64,000 nt of DNA from the NCBI RefSeq assembly GCF_009834535.1, contig NC_045696.1:11534001-11598000 (forward strand), given 5' to 3'. The DNA comes from Camelus ferus. Its lineage: Eukaryota. A program made the position numbers and the translations under genes. The notes under the pieces are model-generated. The model saw only the letters and a list, made by a program, of their open reading frames with translations, ran no database searches and was not told where the DNA came from. Shown one piece after another: positions 1 to 13,615 of the stretch (positions are counted from its first letter, which is position 1; every line of letters begins with the position of its first letter).

Positions 1-31
1 GGCAGGAAGGGGGACAATTCAGCCCATAACA
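1..31. mobile_element. Terminal fragment of a MaLR (MLT1-type) LTR
   Basis: Ends ...acaattcagcccataaca, essentially the same terminus as the MLT1 copy ending at 57086. Confidence 0.55.
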
Positions 32-994
32 AAAAACCAAAGAGATGCAAGACTTGGACCTCTGTGTGAGGATGCTCAGGACAGTGGATCATAACCACTG
101 CAAACACCAAGCACCGGCTTACAAGCCCCTGGGGGGGCAGAAGCCACACTGAGCAGCTATATTTAAAAGGTTGCTTATGCCTGGGCACCAATGAGGCATG
201 GCCCACCCAGCTGTGTGTGATAAATCAAAAGTTACCTTCCTGCTGAAATCTTCCTCTGTCACACTGAGATAGATGTGCCTCTCAGCTGACACACAGAGAA
301 ACCCCAAACCATTACGCTCCTTTCCCAGAAAAACAACAGTGAAAACCAACTCTGTTCAAAGACTCTTGCTCTTCATTCTCTCCACTTGCATGTAATTGTC
401 ACCGACCCCTTATTAAACTGTCACACTATTTACCCATCCAAGGAAGGGATCGTGAGAAGGGGTCTGAGGCCCAATCAGCACTTTGGGGGAATTCTTCTGT
501 TCGGACTTGTAGAGCAGGATCCATGGGACTCCAGTTGAACAGCTGCTGCAGCTCTTAACACACGGGAGATCTGAGCCTCAGGCCTCTCCATCGGGTTGAA
601 TGATGACTCAGGAGACAGGGGGTCACAGGTCTTGAGGCTCCAGGGAAGGGCATTTCCCCCAAGATCTTAATGTTACATACGCCAGAGTATGCCTCGGGTC
701 TCCCAGGCAATGAGTAACACAAACACAACTGAATTTACTTCTCATCCAGATTCTTCATCTTGCTTGTCTTTCTCTTAGAGAGGACTTTTCCAGAGAGGAA
801 GCAGGATTGATTCTGCAGAAGTTTACTTGAGATTTCCTAAAAGCCTAGGACACTTCATCTGTCACTCTTTGAGGAAATGTATTTCCCATGATACTTTGAG
901 TTATGTGTCTGTGGTTCACGGCTTGGTTCTGACTCTAAAAAGTCCCCGCTTTCCTGAGGACAGATCTGATTCTTGTGCCTGTTCACAGTGCATT

Positions 995-1017
995 ACACAC
1001 ACACACACACACACACA
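995..1017. repeat. (CA)n microsatellite
   Basis: Direct inspection. Confidence 0.95.
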
Positions 1018-2809
1018 AAACATCCACTGGAGGGGGCCATTTTGGACAGAAACCCAGACTCCACTTGGCTTGCCAACCCGTGTGGCCTGGTGGCACCACA
1101 TACCACGGAGCTGCAGCCACTCAGGAGGCGCCCATTTCCAACTGGTCTACCAAAGGGGATGCCTTTTTCTAAACAGTCTGCCCAGGGCAACGTCTTTTTC
1201 TAAGAAGTCTACCTAGACACATATGCCTTTTCTAATTTACACAAAAGCCCATACAAGTGGCCAGCAACTCTGCATGAAGACGGCAATCAATAAATGCCTG
1301 AATGAAAAAACACACTATCATCTCCAAGGGCCAAGGAGAGATAAGGCTTTCTTTAAAAACTGTTCACAGCCGGGAAATGTCTAGCCATGAGCATTCTGAC
1401 ATCATAGTACACCTAGCCAACGGCTTCAGATTAAGGAATAAATCTTCTAAAAGGATATTATGGAAATGGGAAGGGTCTTCCATGAGTGTAGATGGAATGA
1501 TTTAGAACAGAGAGAAGTCATCAGCTGTCCTCTCTTTTCCATTCTCTTTCTTCCCTTCCCTTCCCCTCGGCCCTGGACGACCTTCCCTTGTGTAACAAAG
1601 AGATCTTAGACATGCTATCTTCAAAAGTTGGCGGTTAGTACTTTAAACTCCAAAATGAGCTCTAATTCAAGAAGCATTCCTGTCCCACAAGCAACAGGAA
1701 ACAATCAATATTCTATTCTCACATCACAGGACGACTGGCGGCCAAATGGAGCTGAAAAAAGTACAAGAATAAAGTTGCCTTTGAAGCGGGGGATAAGTTT
1801 GGGGGGCACTACAGGAACTGGAAACACATATTTTGGCAGTAATAATCCAAAAAAAAAAAATTCTTAACCCAATCCTGGACTCTAAAGAGATCTTAGAACA
1901 CACTGGAAATAACAGAAACTTCCAGCAACGGGCCAGTTAACAAATGTAGCCCCATATCCCCCAAACCACAAATGGAGAAGAAATCATAACCCCTAAAGAC
2001 AGTAGAATGTTTTACTGAGTGTTGAGGAAAGAGCTGGCAACCAAATCAAAAACATGAGGAATTAAGTTGTCTAATAAATTTTCCTAAACTGTACCAATCT
2101 GGGAACTCATGGGGAATCACCTATAAATTTACTCTTTCTTCTATTGTTAAAATGATTTTCTACTGTTAAAGGATGCTCAGTGCCAAAAAAGGAGACCAGA
2201 AGGTCAGGACAGTAAGGATTCAGCAATCAGACTTCCAAGCACTATGTTCCCAATTCAGGAAATGTCAGGGAAACAACCCTTAGAAAGGGAAAACCAGGAG
2301 GCAGAGATGCCAAAAAGCAGAGAGGATGGCAGACAGAGGAATGTTCTCTAGAGTCAGAGAAGTTCTAGGCAGAGGAAGGGAAGGGAAGAGGAATGTTTGG
2401 AAAGCAGACATCCAGACCCCTGGGGAGTCCTGCAGACCCTCCCGTCCTCAGGGCGGTGTTTCCTGCAGAGGTGGGAGACACGGCCCTAGTCATCTTCCTC
2501 ACCTCCCCTTCATCCTTAAAATACACTTCATCTTCCATGATAAATTGAGTGGGTACCTGTTACTTGCTGTCTAAAAGAGCCTAACTAGCACATATCTTTA
2601 AGGGTTAAATGTAAATGTGAAAGTCTAACAGAAGAAAATAACCCACTGCCTTAGTTCACTAACACAGCACTGAATACATTTTCGGACTAATGATGTGCTT
2701 TACACATATATACACATAAAAGTACGTAAAACATATATGTATGTATATTATACATATGCATACATACATATTTTATACACACATTTAATCAAATTTCCAC
2801 TGAATACCA

Positions 2810-2960
2810 ATGAGGTATTATTATCATCATTTTACAAATACAAAAAATTGAAGTTTAGAGGGTTTGAATACCTTACACAAGATCACTCAGCTACTAGGTA
2901 GCAGCTGAAAGGCCATAGGAACCCAAGGCTGTCACCTCTTGAGTCTGTGCTTTACTACAT
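2810..2960 (-). mobile_element. MIR SINE fragment
   Basis: cattttacaaa...gaagtttagagggtttgaataccttacacaagatcactcagcta...gaacccaagg resembles the reverse-complement MIR core. Confidence 0.7.
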
Positions 2961-3139
2961 GACCCCATTAGGTTAAATCATTATGCAAGAGGTTAAAAAA
3001 TTCAGTCAAAAATACCTGTCCAACACAAAGATTTTTCTGCAGACAACAATGAAACACTGGCAAGACTTACTGATCATTTATAAAGCAAAACCAAGAACAA
3101 ACCCTCTAGTTTACTTAAGCATCAAAAAATAAGAGAAAA

Positions 3140-3400
3140 CTAAAGAAAAAAGACTAATTGGTTTGGCTAGACAAAATATAAAATTTTTATGTACCCCCCC
3201 AAAAGGAATCATAAAATGAATCAAAACCTAAATACCAACTGGGAGAAAATATCTGCAATAAAGCAGATAAAAAGCTATTATCCTTAATATGTAAAGAGTC
3301 TGTACAAATCAATAAGACAAACAGGAAGAAAATGGGGGAAAATTATTAACAATAGTTAATAAAAGAGAAAACACATTTTCAATCAAGTACACTAATTATG
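3140..3400 (+). mobile_element. Old L1 (L1ME-like) ORF2 3' fragment
   Basis: actgggagaaaatatctgcaa...aatatgtaaagagtctgtacaaatcaataaga resembles the late L1 ORF2 region. Confidence 0.55.
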
Positions 3401-4923
3401 ATACACCCTACTAATTATCAAAATACACTTTTTTAAGTGTATATATACACACACATATATATGTATGCGTGTATAAATATATATATATATATATCTGTAT
3501 CAAATGTAACCAGCTCGAACACCTTAACCCAGTGATTATCACTGGGTAGTGTGATTACAGGTGATTTTTATTTTCCGCCTTGTGTTTCTGTTTTAATTTC
3601 CATGAGGAACCAGGGGAGGGGGGAGAACGGAGGTGGGGGACAGGGGAGAATTATGTTTAATGAATCAGAAAAAAAACAGGATAATTGTTTTAGGGTATCT
3701 AAAAACAGAAAAGGAGTAAATGATGAAATGTATTTAGTCAAGTGTGGTAGCAAGTGGCAGAGTTAAGAATGAAATATTATTTGTAAGTGGCTATGCAAGA
3801 AAAAAATACATGGCAATTAACAAATATTAGCCTAGGATTTATCCTGATTTATTAAAAACCTCAAATATTCTAGAATGTACCTGTGACTGGACTAGTTTAA
3901 AGAATCCTAAAACACAAGTTACTTAGTCCAAGATATTTTTTTAAATTATTTTTTAAATATTTATAGTTGATCACAGGAAAAAACACTAATTTATATTAGA
4001 TGATTTATATATGATTTATTTCATTTATATATATATTTATAAATATAAATATGCCCCATTGAAACATGTAGGACATTACTCTAAGTCTGATTATTGGAAA
4101 GAAACTTCTTGTTATCCTACACATTCTCAGGTGCTTTAATTTGATGGCCCTCTATGATAAAAAGCTCATTCTTGATCTAAGAAAAAGCATCTCAGGGTAA
4201 TGAATTGGGTGGGAGTACAACAGCCATAAAGCACCTTCCCTCCAGAGGGAAATTCAAGTTTCATTATGTCAAATTGGGCTTGAAATTACAACTACTGCTC
4301 ACAAATGTTAGTTTTAAGTAGAATAAAATGTCATCCTGTGGGACTGACACTTTACAAACCTGAAGAAGTGTTTTCAAAACAAGTTTTTTATTAGTGGTAT
4401 AATGTAAATGCTCAGCTGAGAACTGAGTCATCGACTAGTTTCTCTAATTAAATTTTTAACCTGGAATAAAGAATGCACTTAAAAAGCCAGACTTCTACAT
4501 CAGAGCACCAGTAATTCCGACTGAAGACCAGATTTACGTCACTGATAACACTTATCTTCATCCCTTTGGTTTCACTGAAGTAGGGCTCAGATAAAATGCT
4601 AGAATATTCTGATCCCAGACTTTACAGCCAACTTTTTCTGAAGCTTCATTTTCACTCGGGCACTTCCTCCTTCCATCTGCCTCTGGTGACCCTTCTCAGC
4701 CCAAATGGGGGCTGAGCAAAGGCTTCCAAAAGCTAGCCTAGCTCCAACCTAGTGTAAAAAGCAAGACAAAGGCACTGGGTGTTTCGCTTTGTTTTTAATA
4801 AACAATCTGTGTTCACCCTTGAAGGAGGGTGGTCTAACAAGGAGGCTCTAACAGACTGTTCAGTGAGCTACGTAAGAAGTCCTCTTGCAGCTTCACCATT
4901 AGATTCAAAAATCCTCTCTCCCC

Positions 4924-5274
4924 AGTGAACAGATGGAGCACAAGGGATTTTTAGGGCAATGAAATTATTCTATATGATTCTGTAGTGGTGGCTACATGTC
5001 ATTATGCATTTGTCAAAACCCATAGAATGTACAACATCAAGAGTGAACCCTACTGTAAACTATGGACTTTGGTTGATAATAATGTGCCCATGTTGGTTCA
5101 TCGATTGTAAACCAAATATGCCACACTGATGAGGGATGTTGACAGTAGGGGAGTATGTATGTGTGGGTGGGGAGGGCTATGTGTGAACTCTCTGTATTTT
5201 CTGCTCAATTCTGCTGTGAACCTGAAACTGCTCTAAAAGAATAAAGTTTATTAAAAAAAAAATCTTCTAAAAAA
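4924..5274 (+). mobile_element. L1MC-type 3' end with poly(A) and TSD
   Basis: gtcaaaacccatagaatgtacaac...gaaccctactgtaaactatggactttgg...aataaagtttatt(A)n; TSD aaaaatc(c/t)tctctcccc at 4907-4923 and 5275-5291. Confidence 0.85.
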
Positions 5275-5414
5275 AAAAATCTTCTCTCCCCTCATACAGA
5301 TTTTTCTTCCTCCAGGGCAAAAAAATGGTACTAAAGCTAAGACCAAACGCTAACCAGAGCAACTCAAAGTAGCTACCAGTCCCCACTGCTTCCTTCATTA
5401 AGAAAGTCTGCTAC

Positions 5415-5767
5415 TGACATACCATATCACTTATATGTGGAGTCTTTAAAAAAAAAAAAAAAAGGATACAAATGAACTTATTTACAAACCAGAAATAGAC
5501 TCACAGACACAGAAAACAAACTATGGTTATCAAAGGGAAAGGCGGGGATAAATTAGGAGTTTGGGATTAACATCACACACTATTATATACATACAAATAA
5601 ATAAACAAGGACCTACGGTATAGCCCAGGGAACTATATTCGCTATCTTGGAAAAGAATCTGAAAAAGAATATGTATATGTTTGACTGAATCACTATGCTG
5701 TACACCAGAAACCAACACAACATTGTAAATCAACTATACTTCAATTTTTCAAAAGTTTAAAAAAAGA
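5415..5767 (+). mobile_element. Cetartiodactyl/camelid-type L1 3' end, 5'-truncated, with TSD
   Basis: gactcacagacacagaaaacaaac...gctgtacaccagaaaccaacacaacattgtaaatcaactatacttc; TSD aaa(g/a)tctgctac at 5403-5414 and 5768-5779. Confidence 0.85.
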
Positions 5768-5827
5768 AAAATCTGCTACCAAAAAGTTGTGTTTAAAATT
5801 AGCTTGGTACTATGATGTTTATTTAAT

Positions 5828-5830
<3 letters not shown>

Positions 5831-5869
<39 letters not shown>

Positions 5870-5873
5870 TACA
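5831..5873. repeat. (CA)n microsatellite with ACAT tail
   Basis: Direct inspection. Confidence 0.95.
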
Positions 5874-7309
5874 CCCCAGGCTCAAGCTCTTCATCTCATA
5901 ATGAACTTGGAAAAGATGACAGCCCAGTACCTCTGCCCACGCTTGGAGACTTGGAGTGCACTGTGAACCTAGCACATTGGAGCCAAGGGGTGGGAAAAGG
6001 CCCCCCTCACTACCCGGGACCATCCATGGAGGTCATCACCCACAGCAAGCATCCCAGTTATGCCCAGGGCTTTGGGCTTTGGGCTTTGGTTCATTCATCC
6101 CTGATTCACAATCTGATGAATTGCTTTTTAATACTTGTATCTGAAAACCTTTAGTAAGATTCCAAACATGGATGAAACACTCCCTTGGGTTCATCTGGTT
6201 TTGCTGTTACCTGAGGAGTTTCCCAAAATTCGGGACTTTCCAGACTCTCGGGCACCTTAAGATGGCTGGTCAACCTAACTTGCAAAATCGGGACAATGGT
6301 AAGGAATAACATTGTAAGGAATAAATTTTATTATGCAGCAGAGAGGGACAGGGTTTTCAGACATAGCCTAGCGGATGGTATGCAATCCATAAATGTTAAT
6401 TATTACCATCGTTATCAGTATTACATCCTCATGGTCAAAGCCAAGAGGAAGCACTCAGTCCTTTCCTGTAGGTTTTGGTGACTCAGAAGGTCACAAAAGC
6501 CCTGCTCTGCTCCAGAACCTGAACTTCATCCCATCATCCTAAACAGTCTGTCCCTCAGCACCACATGCAGTGTGTACATCCATCACCGCTGTCCACCCTC
6601 CCGGGTGCTATTCACAGAGCTGACAAAGAGCAAGTCATGACCAGGAGAGGAAATTCGTGGAACAAGACTGTCTCAACAGAGTCAGAAAGATGGCCAGACA
6701 CCTTCCCAAAAAGCCATGGGGCAGGATGTAAGACAAGAACTCACAGGAGATTAAAGTGACAGGAGTAATGCAAGGAAAGGGATGAGAACAGAGCAAATGG
6801 CTCAGAGAACGGGCAAGAGAAGTAAGCAGGTTTGCTAAATGTTTTGGCAACAATTTGGCCAAGAGACTGATAAACTTATTTAAAAAAAAAAAAAAACTGC
6901 AGTCAAAGAGACAGAATCCAAAACTTCATATATCTCCATGGGAAACATCCAAAAAAAATGTATGTTTGCAAATAGCAACTTCGCCCATCTGCTGCACTGT
7001 TGGAACATTTTCTCAGGAAAGAACTGAGGGTCCATTAACAGCCCCATGACATTGCAGAATATTCCTCTGCCTTGCCTGGTCACTCTGATACCGAGTCCCG
7101 TAACAAGTCCCTGCAGGAGACACGGCTGTTCCGGGGCTGGGATACTTCCCAAAGAGCGCCAGTTAGACAGCCTGTCCCATCTACTCATCGCTCACACACA
7201 CACACCGAGGGGCTGCAAGAGGTGAGAGAGACAGGGCTTTCAGACCCATCCCTGGCCAAATGGGGACACTGTCGTCCAGAAGGCTGACCTCATGTCCTGG
7301 GGAGAGCAG

Positions 7310-7480
7310 AGCATTCTTTCATCCATTCAAAACATGTTTACTTACAGAGCACCTCCTGTACCTCTGTACCAGGTACTATTCTAGCCACCGAGGACGGAGC
7401 ACAGACCCCTTCCTCATGGGGCTTCCAGTCTTGTGGGGAGACAAATAAACACCTGAACAAATAAATATATACCGTGGGAT
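7310..7480 (-). mobile_element. L2 3' end fragment
   Basis: cattcattcaa-like start, gagcacctcctgt...ccaggtactattctag, cctcatggggcttccagtc. Confidence 0.6.
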
Positions 7481-7485
7481 CAGGT

Positions 7486-8242
7486 GAGATTTTGAGCTGA
7501 ACTGAGTACCCCCCCACCAAATTCGTATGTTTAAGACCTATCTTGGTCTGTTCAGGCTGCTATAAAAAGAAATACCATGGGCTAGGTAGCTTGTAAATAA
7601 CAGAAATTTATTTCTCACAGAGTTGGAGGTGAGGAAGTCCAAGGTCAAGGCGGATTTGGTGTCTGGGGAGGGTTCTCTTCCTGGTCCACACACAGCCATC
7701 TTCTTGCTGCGTCCTCACATGGCAGAAGGGGAAGAGCCTTTTGGGGTCTCTTTTTAAGACCACAAACTCCATCATGTAATGACCTCCCAGAGGCCCCACC
7801 TCCTAATACCATCATACTGGGGATTCGGTTTTAACGTATGAACTTTGAGGGGACACAAAACTCAGACTATAGTAGGTTCTAACTGCAGTGCCTCAGAATG
7901 GGACCTTATTTGGCAACAATGATCTTGACAGAGGTAATCAATTAAAGAGGGGACAGTAGGGCGGGCTCTAGTCCAGTATGACTGGCGTCCTCATAAAAAG
8001 GGGACATGCAGACACAGAGACAGACATGCACAGAGGGAAACTGTGTGAAAAGACAGAGAGAAGACAGCCATCCACAAACCAAGGAGAGCAGCAGATCCTT
8101 CCTTCACAGCCGTCAGAGGGAGCCAACCCTGCCAACAACTTGATTTTGAACTCTGACCTCCAGAACCGTGTGACAATAAATCTCTACTGTTTAAGCCACC
8201 CAGCGCGTGATACTCTGTTACAGCAGCACTAGCAAACTATAC
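7486..8242 (+). mobile_element. MaLR LTR (MLT1B/C-like) interrupted by a second MaLR LTR
   Basis: 5' part 7486-7538; 3' part ~7874-8242 (cctcagaatgggaccttatttgg...gcagcactagcaaactataca). Confidence 0.75.
7540..7873 (-). mobile_element. MaLR LTR (MLT1A-like), opposite orientation, nested
   Basis: tcttggtctgttcaggctgctataa...aatttatttctcacag...ggggacacaaaactcagactatag. Confidence 0.8.
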
Positions 8243-8251
8243 AGCCGGTGA

Positions 8252-8900
8252 GAGCAACCCCACTCCTGGGCATGTGTCTGGAGGAAACTAATTTGAAAAG
8301 AAACATGCACCCCAATGTTCACAGCAGCACTATTTACTATGGCCAAGATATGGAAGCAACCTAAATATCCACTGCCTGGGTAAAGAAGATGTGGTATATA
8401 TACACAATGGAACACTACTCAGCCATAAAAAAAAAGAATGAAATAATGCCATCTGCAGCAACATGATGGACCTGGAGATTGTCATACTAAGTAGAGTAAG
8501 TCAGAAAGAGGAAAAAAAACTTACCATATGGTATCACTTATATGTGGAATCTAAAATATGATACAAATGAACTTATCTACTAAACAGACTCACAGACACA
8601 GAAAACAAACTTATGGCTACCAAAGGGGAAAAGTTACCAAGGGGGAAAGGGGAGGGAGAAGGGGTAATTTGAGAGTTCAGGATTTGCAGATGGTAACTAC
8701 TATATATACAGTAGAAAAACAACAGGTCCTACTGTATAGCAGAGGGAAACATATTCAATATCTTATAATATCCTATAATAAAAAAGAATGTAAAAAAGAA
8801 TATCTATATGTGTACAACTGAATCACTATGCTGTACACCAGAAACTACAATGTTATGTTATACTATACAACTATACTTCAATTTAAAAAAAAAGAATAAA
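8252..8900 (+). mobile_element. Camelid-type L1 ORF2 end and 3' UTR
   Basis: agcaaccccactcctgggcat...ccaatgttcacagcagcactattta...actatacttcaattt(A)n. Confidence 0.85.
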
Positions 8901-8944
8901 CAGGGAGCAGGCAAGATGGAGGAGGCTTCAAAATATATCACTGA

Positions 8945-9860
8945 AAGAGGACTAACTGCCTTAATATATAAAAAGTGCCTATAAATCAATAAGAAAAGGA
9001 CCAAAAGCCCAAGGGAAGATAGTGAATGGACATGAAAAAATTAGCAGAAATGAAAATTGTTGTTGGACATATGAAAATATGCTCAACTCAAAAATACGAG
9101 AAATCCACATAAAACAAGATACCATGTTTACTAGATTGGCAAAGATCAAAAAGTTTGAGACTGCCTTATATTGACAAAGATGTGGAAAGATACTGCCATA
9201 CCAGGTTAATGGAAGTATAAACTGGGACAACCTCTATGGCAGGCAATATTCATCAACAGTTAACATAATCATACCCTCTCACCTAAGACTAGGAATTTAT
9301 TCCTTAGGTATACTTGAAACATTTACAAGATGACACATAGGCACAGATAAAATTTACTGCAGCACAATTTGGGAGTAAAAAAAAAATTGTATACAACCTA
9401 AATGCCCATTTTTCAATTGTGCTCAATTTTTTAAATAACATCTATGGACTGAATCAGCAGGGAATGGAAAAGTAAACACGGTACCACCATACAATGAATA
9501 CTATGCAGGAATTAAAAAGAATAAGGCAGTTCTGTAGTAATTTAGGGAAAAGATGTTCAAGACATATTGCTAAGTTGCTAAAAAAGCAAGATACCGAACA
9601 GCATGTACAGTGTAAAAATACATCTTTCTCTCTACATTTACAAATGTATGCACATAGAGTATCAGATGTATGTACACTTATATGCAGATGGAGTATGTCT
9701 GGAGGGCCACACAGGAGGCTAGAAGTCGGGCTGCCTCTGGGGAGAGGAACTCATCACTGAGGCCCACAGATGAAGGCAGAATTACCTCTCACTGCTTCCC
9801 CTCTTGAAACTTTTCCATTGTAGACCATGTGTCTGCATTACCTATTCCAAAATGTAACCA
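8945..9860 (+). mobile_element. Old L1 (L1ME-like) fragment
   Basis: ctataaatcaataagaaaagg...agattggcaaagatcaaaaagtttga...caacctaaatgccc. Confidence 0.65.
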
Positions 9861-10924
9861 TATGAATCTTAAAACACGCACACGTGAGTGATTAACAACC
9901 AAAAAGAACCTAGTAATTAGAAATTGCAAAGCCTGGTAGAGCAGTGCCGGTGCTATGAAGGAGAAAATGGTTAAGAGGATGCTAAGAGATGGCTCCCCAG
10001 CCCCTCCAGCAATCTTTCTGTCATCCCAATGTCTGGGACCGTGACTCTATTTGACAGTAATCCAACTTCCCACAATTCCAGAGTGATGGGGGAGGGAAGG
10101 TCTCTCCCACTGTCTCATGATTAGACAGACACACTGGTCAACAAGTTCGCCAAACTCTGTTGACATAAATTCCTCAAGAGAAAACACAGAGAACATATGA
10201 AAGTGCCCTAAAAGTACCCACAGACCAGAGAGCCCTGAGGATCCTCACTGCAAAGAAACGTGAGGCCAGAATAGTCCCACGATACTCAGAGCGTTTAGAA
10301 CATAGACTCTGTCGGCTATTCCCTCATTTCAGGTGGAGGCACCACAACTTGGTCGGCAAAGTGGGCTGGGGAAGCTGCCCACTTTGTTTATGGAACCGGC
10401 TTGAACTCAGATTGAGACCTTGTGCTCTGGCCCTGTCTCCCCCAGCAAGCCGTGGACATCCGGCCTCACTGCTCACTTTTCTGGGTTAAGAACTTCCTCC
10501 CCAGCTACTGCTGCTGCTGGCTGTCTGCTGTGAGCTCACCAGAGGAACTGTCCTCAGCAAGTGTTCAAAGCCATGCCCCCTCCCAGGGCAGCCCCCATCT
10601 AATGATGGGTCCAAAAGTATAAAGGCCTGGTCCCCTCGCCCCAATGTGGACACCTCAGCCAATATAAAGATATAGAGCCCCAGCTTGGACATCTCAGCTC
10701 CCGAGCTCACCATGGCAAGGGTGGGGGCTTCGGCTGGGATGGCATCAGGACCCAACTTCTTCCTCTGCCTAATGCTGCCTTGCTGCCCCCCCTCTCTTCC
10801 CCTCCCCTCCCTTCCCTTCCCAGGTGCTGGTCCTGCGTATAAGCCCTAAGACCAAATCCCTCTCCTTCTCAAGGTCCACTTCCCAGGAAATCACCTGCAA
10901 CGCAAGCTTCGTAGCTAAGAAGGT

Positions 10925-11362
10925 GTTGTGGGTTGAACTGCATCCCACCAAACCAAGTGTTCAAGTCCCAACCCCTGGCACCTGTGAATGTGGCCTGATT
11001 GGAAATGGGGTCTTTGCAGATGTCATCAAGTTAAAGGGCGTTCCTACTAGTTTAGGGGTGACCCTAAATCCAACGACTGATGTCCTCATAAGGAAAGGGA
11101 GATGTGGCGCCCAGGAAGACACCTAGAGAAAAGAAGGCCACGTGAAGGCAGAGGCAGAGATGAGGGTGCGGTAGCTACATGCCAGGGGACGCCAAGGATC
11201 GCAGGCACCAGAAGCTGGAAGAGACATGGAAGCACCCTCCAGTTGAGCCTTCAGAGGCTCTACCAACACTTTGATTTTGGTCTTCAGGCTTCTAGAAGTA
11301 GAAGAGAAGACATTTCTGTTGTGTTAAGTCACCCAGTTTGAGGTCATTTGTTAGGGCAGCCT
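10925..11362 (+). mobile_element. MaLR LTR (MLT1C-like)
   Basis: tgttgtgggttgaact...gaatgtggcctgattggaaatggggtctttgcagatgt...tttgttagggcagcc. Confidence 0.8.
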
Positions 11363-12653
11363 GAGCCACAGAGAAGAGAAGGGTTGAGGAAGAATCTAGC
11401 CAGGGCATACCTCCACATGCTCAATGGGGATAAGGACACCGGCAAGTTGGTTCTCACCCACCCAGGGTCACTTCTAGCATCTAACGAGAAAATGCATGGA
11501 AGACCCTGAATACACCACAAAGCACTATACCACTGAGCTGGTGTGTAGGAGAAAGGAGAGGCAACAGCTCTCTCCACCTGTCTCCTCGGGTGCCATTCAC
11601 CCCTCTCCTGCTCTGGTCATCCTAGCAAGCAAGAGCATCTACGTTAGAGAGGGTGAAATTCAATTCAGGTCAGCACTTGAAAGTGGCCAGAGCCCAGGCT
11701 GAGCGGAGGAAAAGGTTTCACCAGTTTGCTAAAAATAAGGCTCGGGGATTATCTGTGGGTTTCAATTAGCCAGGGGAGCAAGCAGGTCACTCGGTTATCA
11801 CGAATAATTAAGACGAGGTGTCCATCCCCAGGTAAATGATACTTCGTGCCCAAACCGCCTTCCCACAGAGCACACCCCGCCTGGCCCTCCCCCCAGGCAG
11901 ACACCGCTGCCGCCCCCCACACCTTCTGGGACGATAAGCCCTGGGATGGACGACTGCCACGCAGCCGGCGTTGTACGACATGATGCAGTTGAGCCCAGCC
12001 TGTGCCGGTGACTCCACACCTGCAGAGAAAATTGAGGGTTGCACTCCTCTTCGTGGGCACCGCTCAGCACTGTTGTGCCGACTCCAAGCGCCCTTTGAAG
12101 TCCATGGGACCTGTGTATCAGTGAACACTGAGAAGCCAGCCCTAAGTGCCAATTTCCACCGTTCGCAAGGACTTCAAAAAGATGAGGCCGGGCAGGAAGT
12201 TCAAAAAGCTTGTGCCTGCAAACTGCAATCTCGGAAATTATAGGCACTGCCTTGTCACACATGACATGCTGAGCAGGTGCTTCTGCCAAACGCCTCTTGC
12301 TTGCCAAGAAATCCCTGCTGAGGATTAATAGGAATTTCCAGTTCTCTTAAGTATTTCTTATTCCTCAGAGCTATTACCCCTAAATTTCTAGCTCTTACAA
12401 AAAAAAAAAAAAAAAAAAGGATTTAGCACCTGTTTGTTTCAGAAATACTCGTTAAAAACAATCTGCCAAAAGGCGATCTCTAAAATTAGTCATATTTCCT
12501 GCTCTGAAAAACATAGTAAATTGTATTTTTAGTAACTCCTTCACTCCAGGTATCTGGCACTGTAGGGCCCGAAGTATAATTATTGGCAACTTATTAAGCA
12601 GGCAATCCTTTTTTTAAGCCCCAAAATAGCTCCAATGAAAGTGATAAACAGGC

Positions 12654-12742
12654 TTTTTTTTTTTTAATGGAAGTCCTGGGGATTGAACCCAGGACCTCAT
12701 GCGTGCTGAATACATGCTCTACCACGGAGCTATACCCTCCCC
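12654..12742 (-). mobile_element. tRNA-derived SINE (camelid Vic-1-like)
   Basis: Reverse complement reads ggggagggtatagctccgtggtagagcatg...gaggtcctgggttcaatccccagg...ccatt(A)n, with A-box and B-box. Confidence 0.85.
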
Positions 12743-13584
12743 TCAGGGGTTTTTTTTTTTAAACCAATGGTTAGAACAAGATATTGAAACATCTTAACCA
12801 ATCATTTTATGTACCCAACTCTGTCTCTTAGGGAGACAATCACAAAAAAGGTAATTGTGGCGTCAACTCTCTGCCCGTTTTTGCAGCTTTGCCTGCCTGT
12901 GAAACCAGCTCGACACCTGAGATACACCTGTGCTTTTCTCTGTAAGCCTCTGCAGCTACACCTTATCGTTTTTTAAATGCAATAACAACCTGTGAAGTGC
13001 CAGCGATTATGCGCTTTCCAGGTTTTGAGGACCAGCATCAGAGGTCGCAAGCACACCTCTCTCTGGGTCTTTTAAAGTTGTCACTTGATTCTCCTGCTCA
13101 GCAACTTTGCTCTTTGTCTCAAAGCTACCGAGAATACTTTTCAAAGTCTGATTTTGTGATCGTTTTTCCTCGTCTAATCATCAACTAGTCCAAGACAGAC
13201 TGAGAATGCGCCGATTAAGAGTTTCACATGATCGAGTGAATTATTTACTTTTAAAGCCACATTAACGGAGGTCGCACCAACTCAAAGCTAAAGGAGGACA
13301 AAATTTGGTCTTGCCCAAAGCCAGCCTTTATTTTCAGGCAGTAAAAGGGCAGTCCTGATTCAAATGACTTTCAAACAACTTCAGTAAGAGGCAGGCAAAA
13401 AAAAAAAAAAAAAAAAAAATACTGTCCTGCAGGAGTGGTGGGGAAAGGAGCCTCGTAATAAGACAGGATTGGAGCCTGAAATGAACGTCAGGGGGCTCCT
13501 TCTGTCAGTTGGACTCAGTAATTCCCCGCGAACCATGGGAGAAACCCAAAACGTTTTGGGAATATGTGCCAAGTCAAAAAGCAA

Positions 13585-13585
<1 letters not shown>

Positions 13586-13615
<30 letters not shown>
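13586..13615. repeat. (CT)n(CA)n compound microsatellite
   Basis: Direct inspection. Confidence 0.9.
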
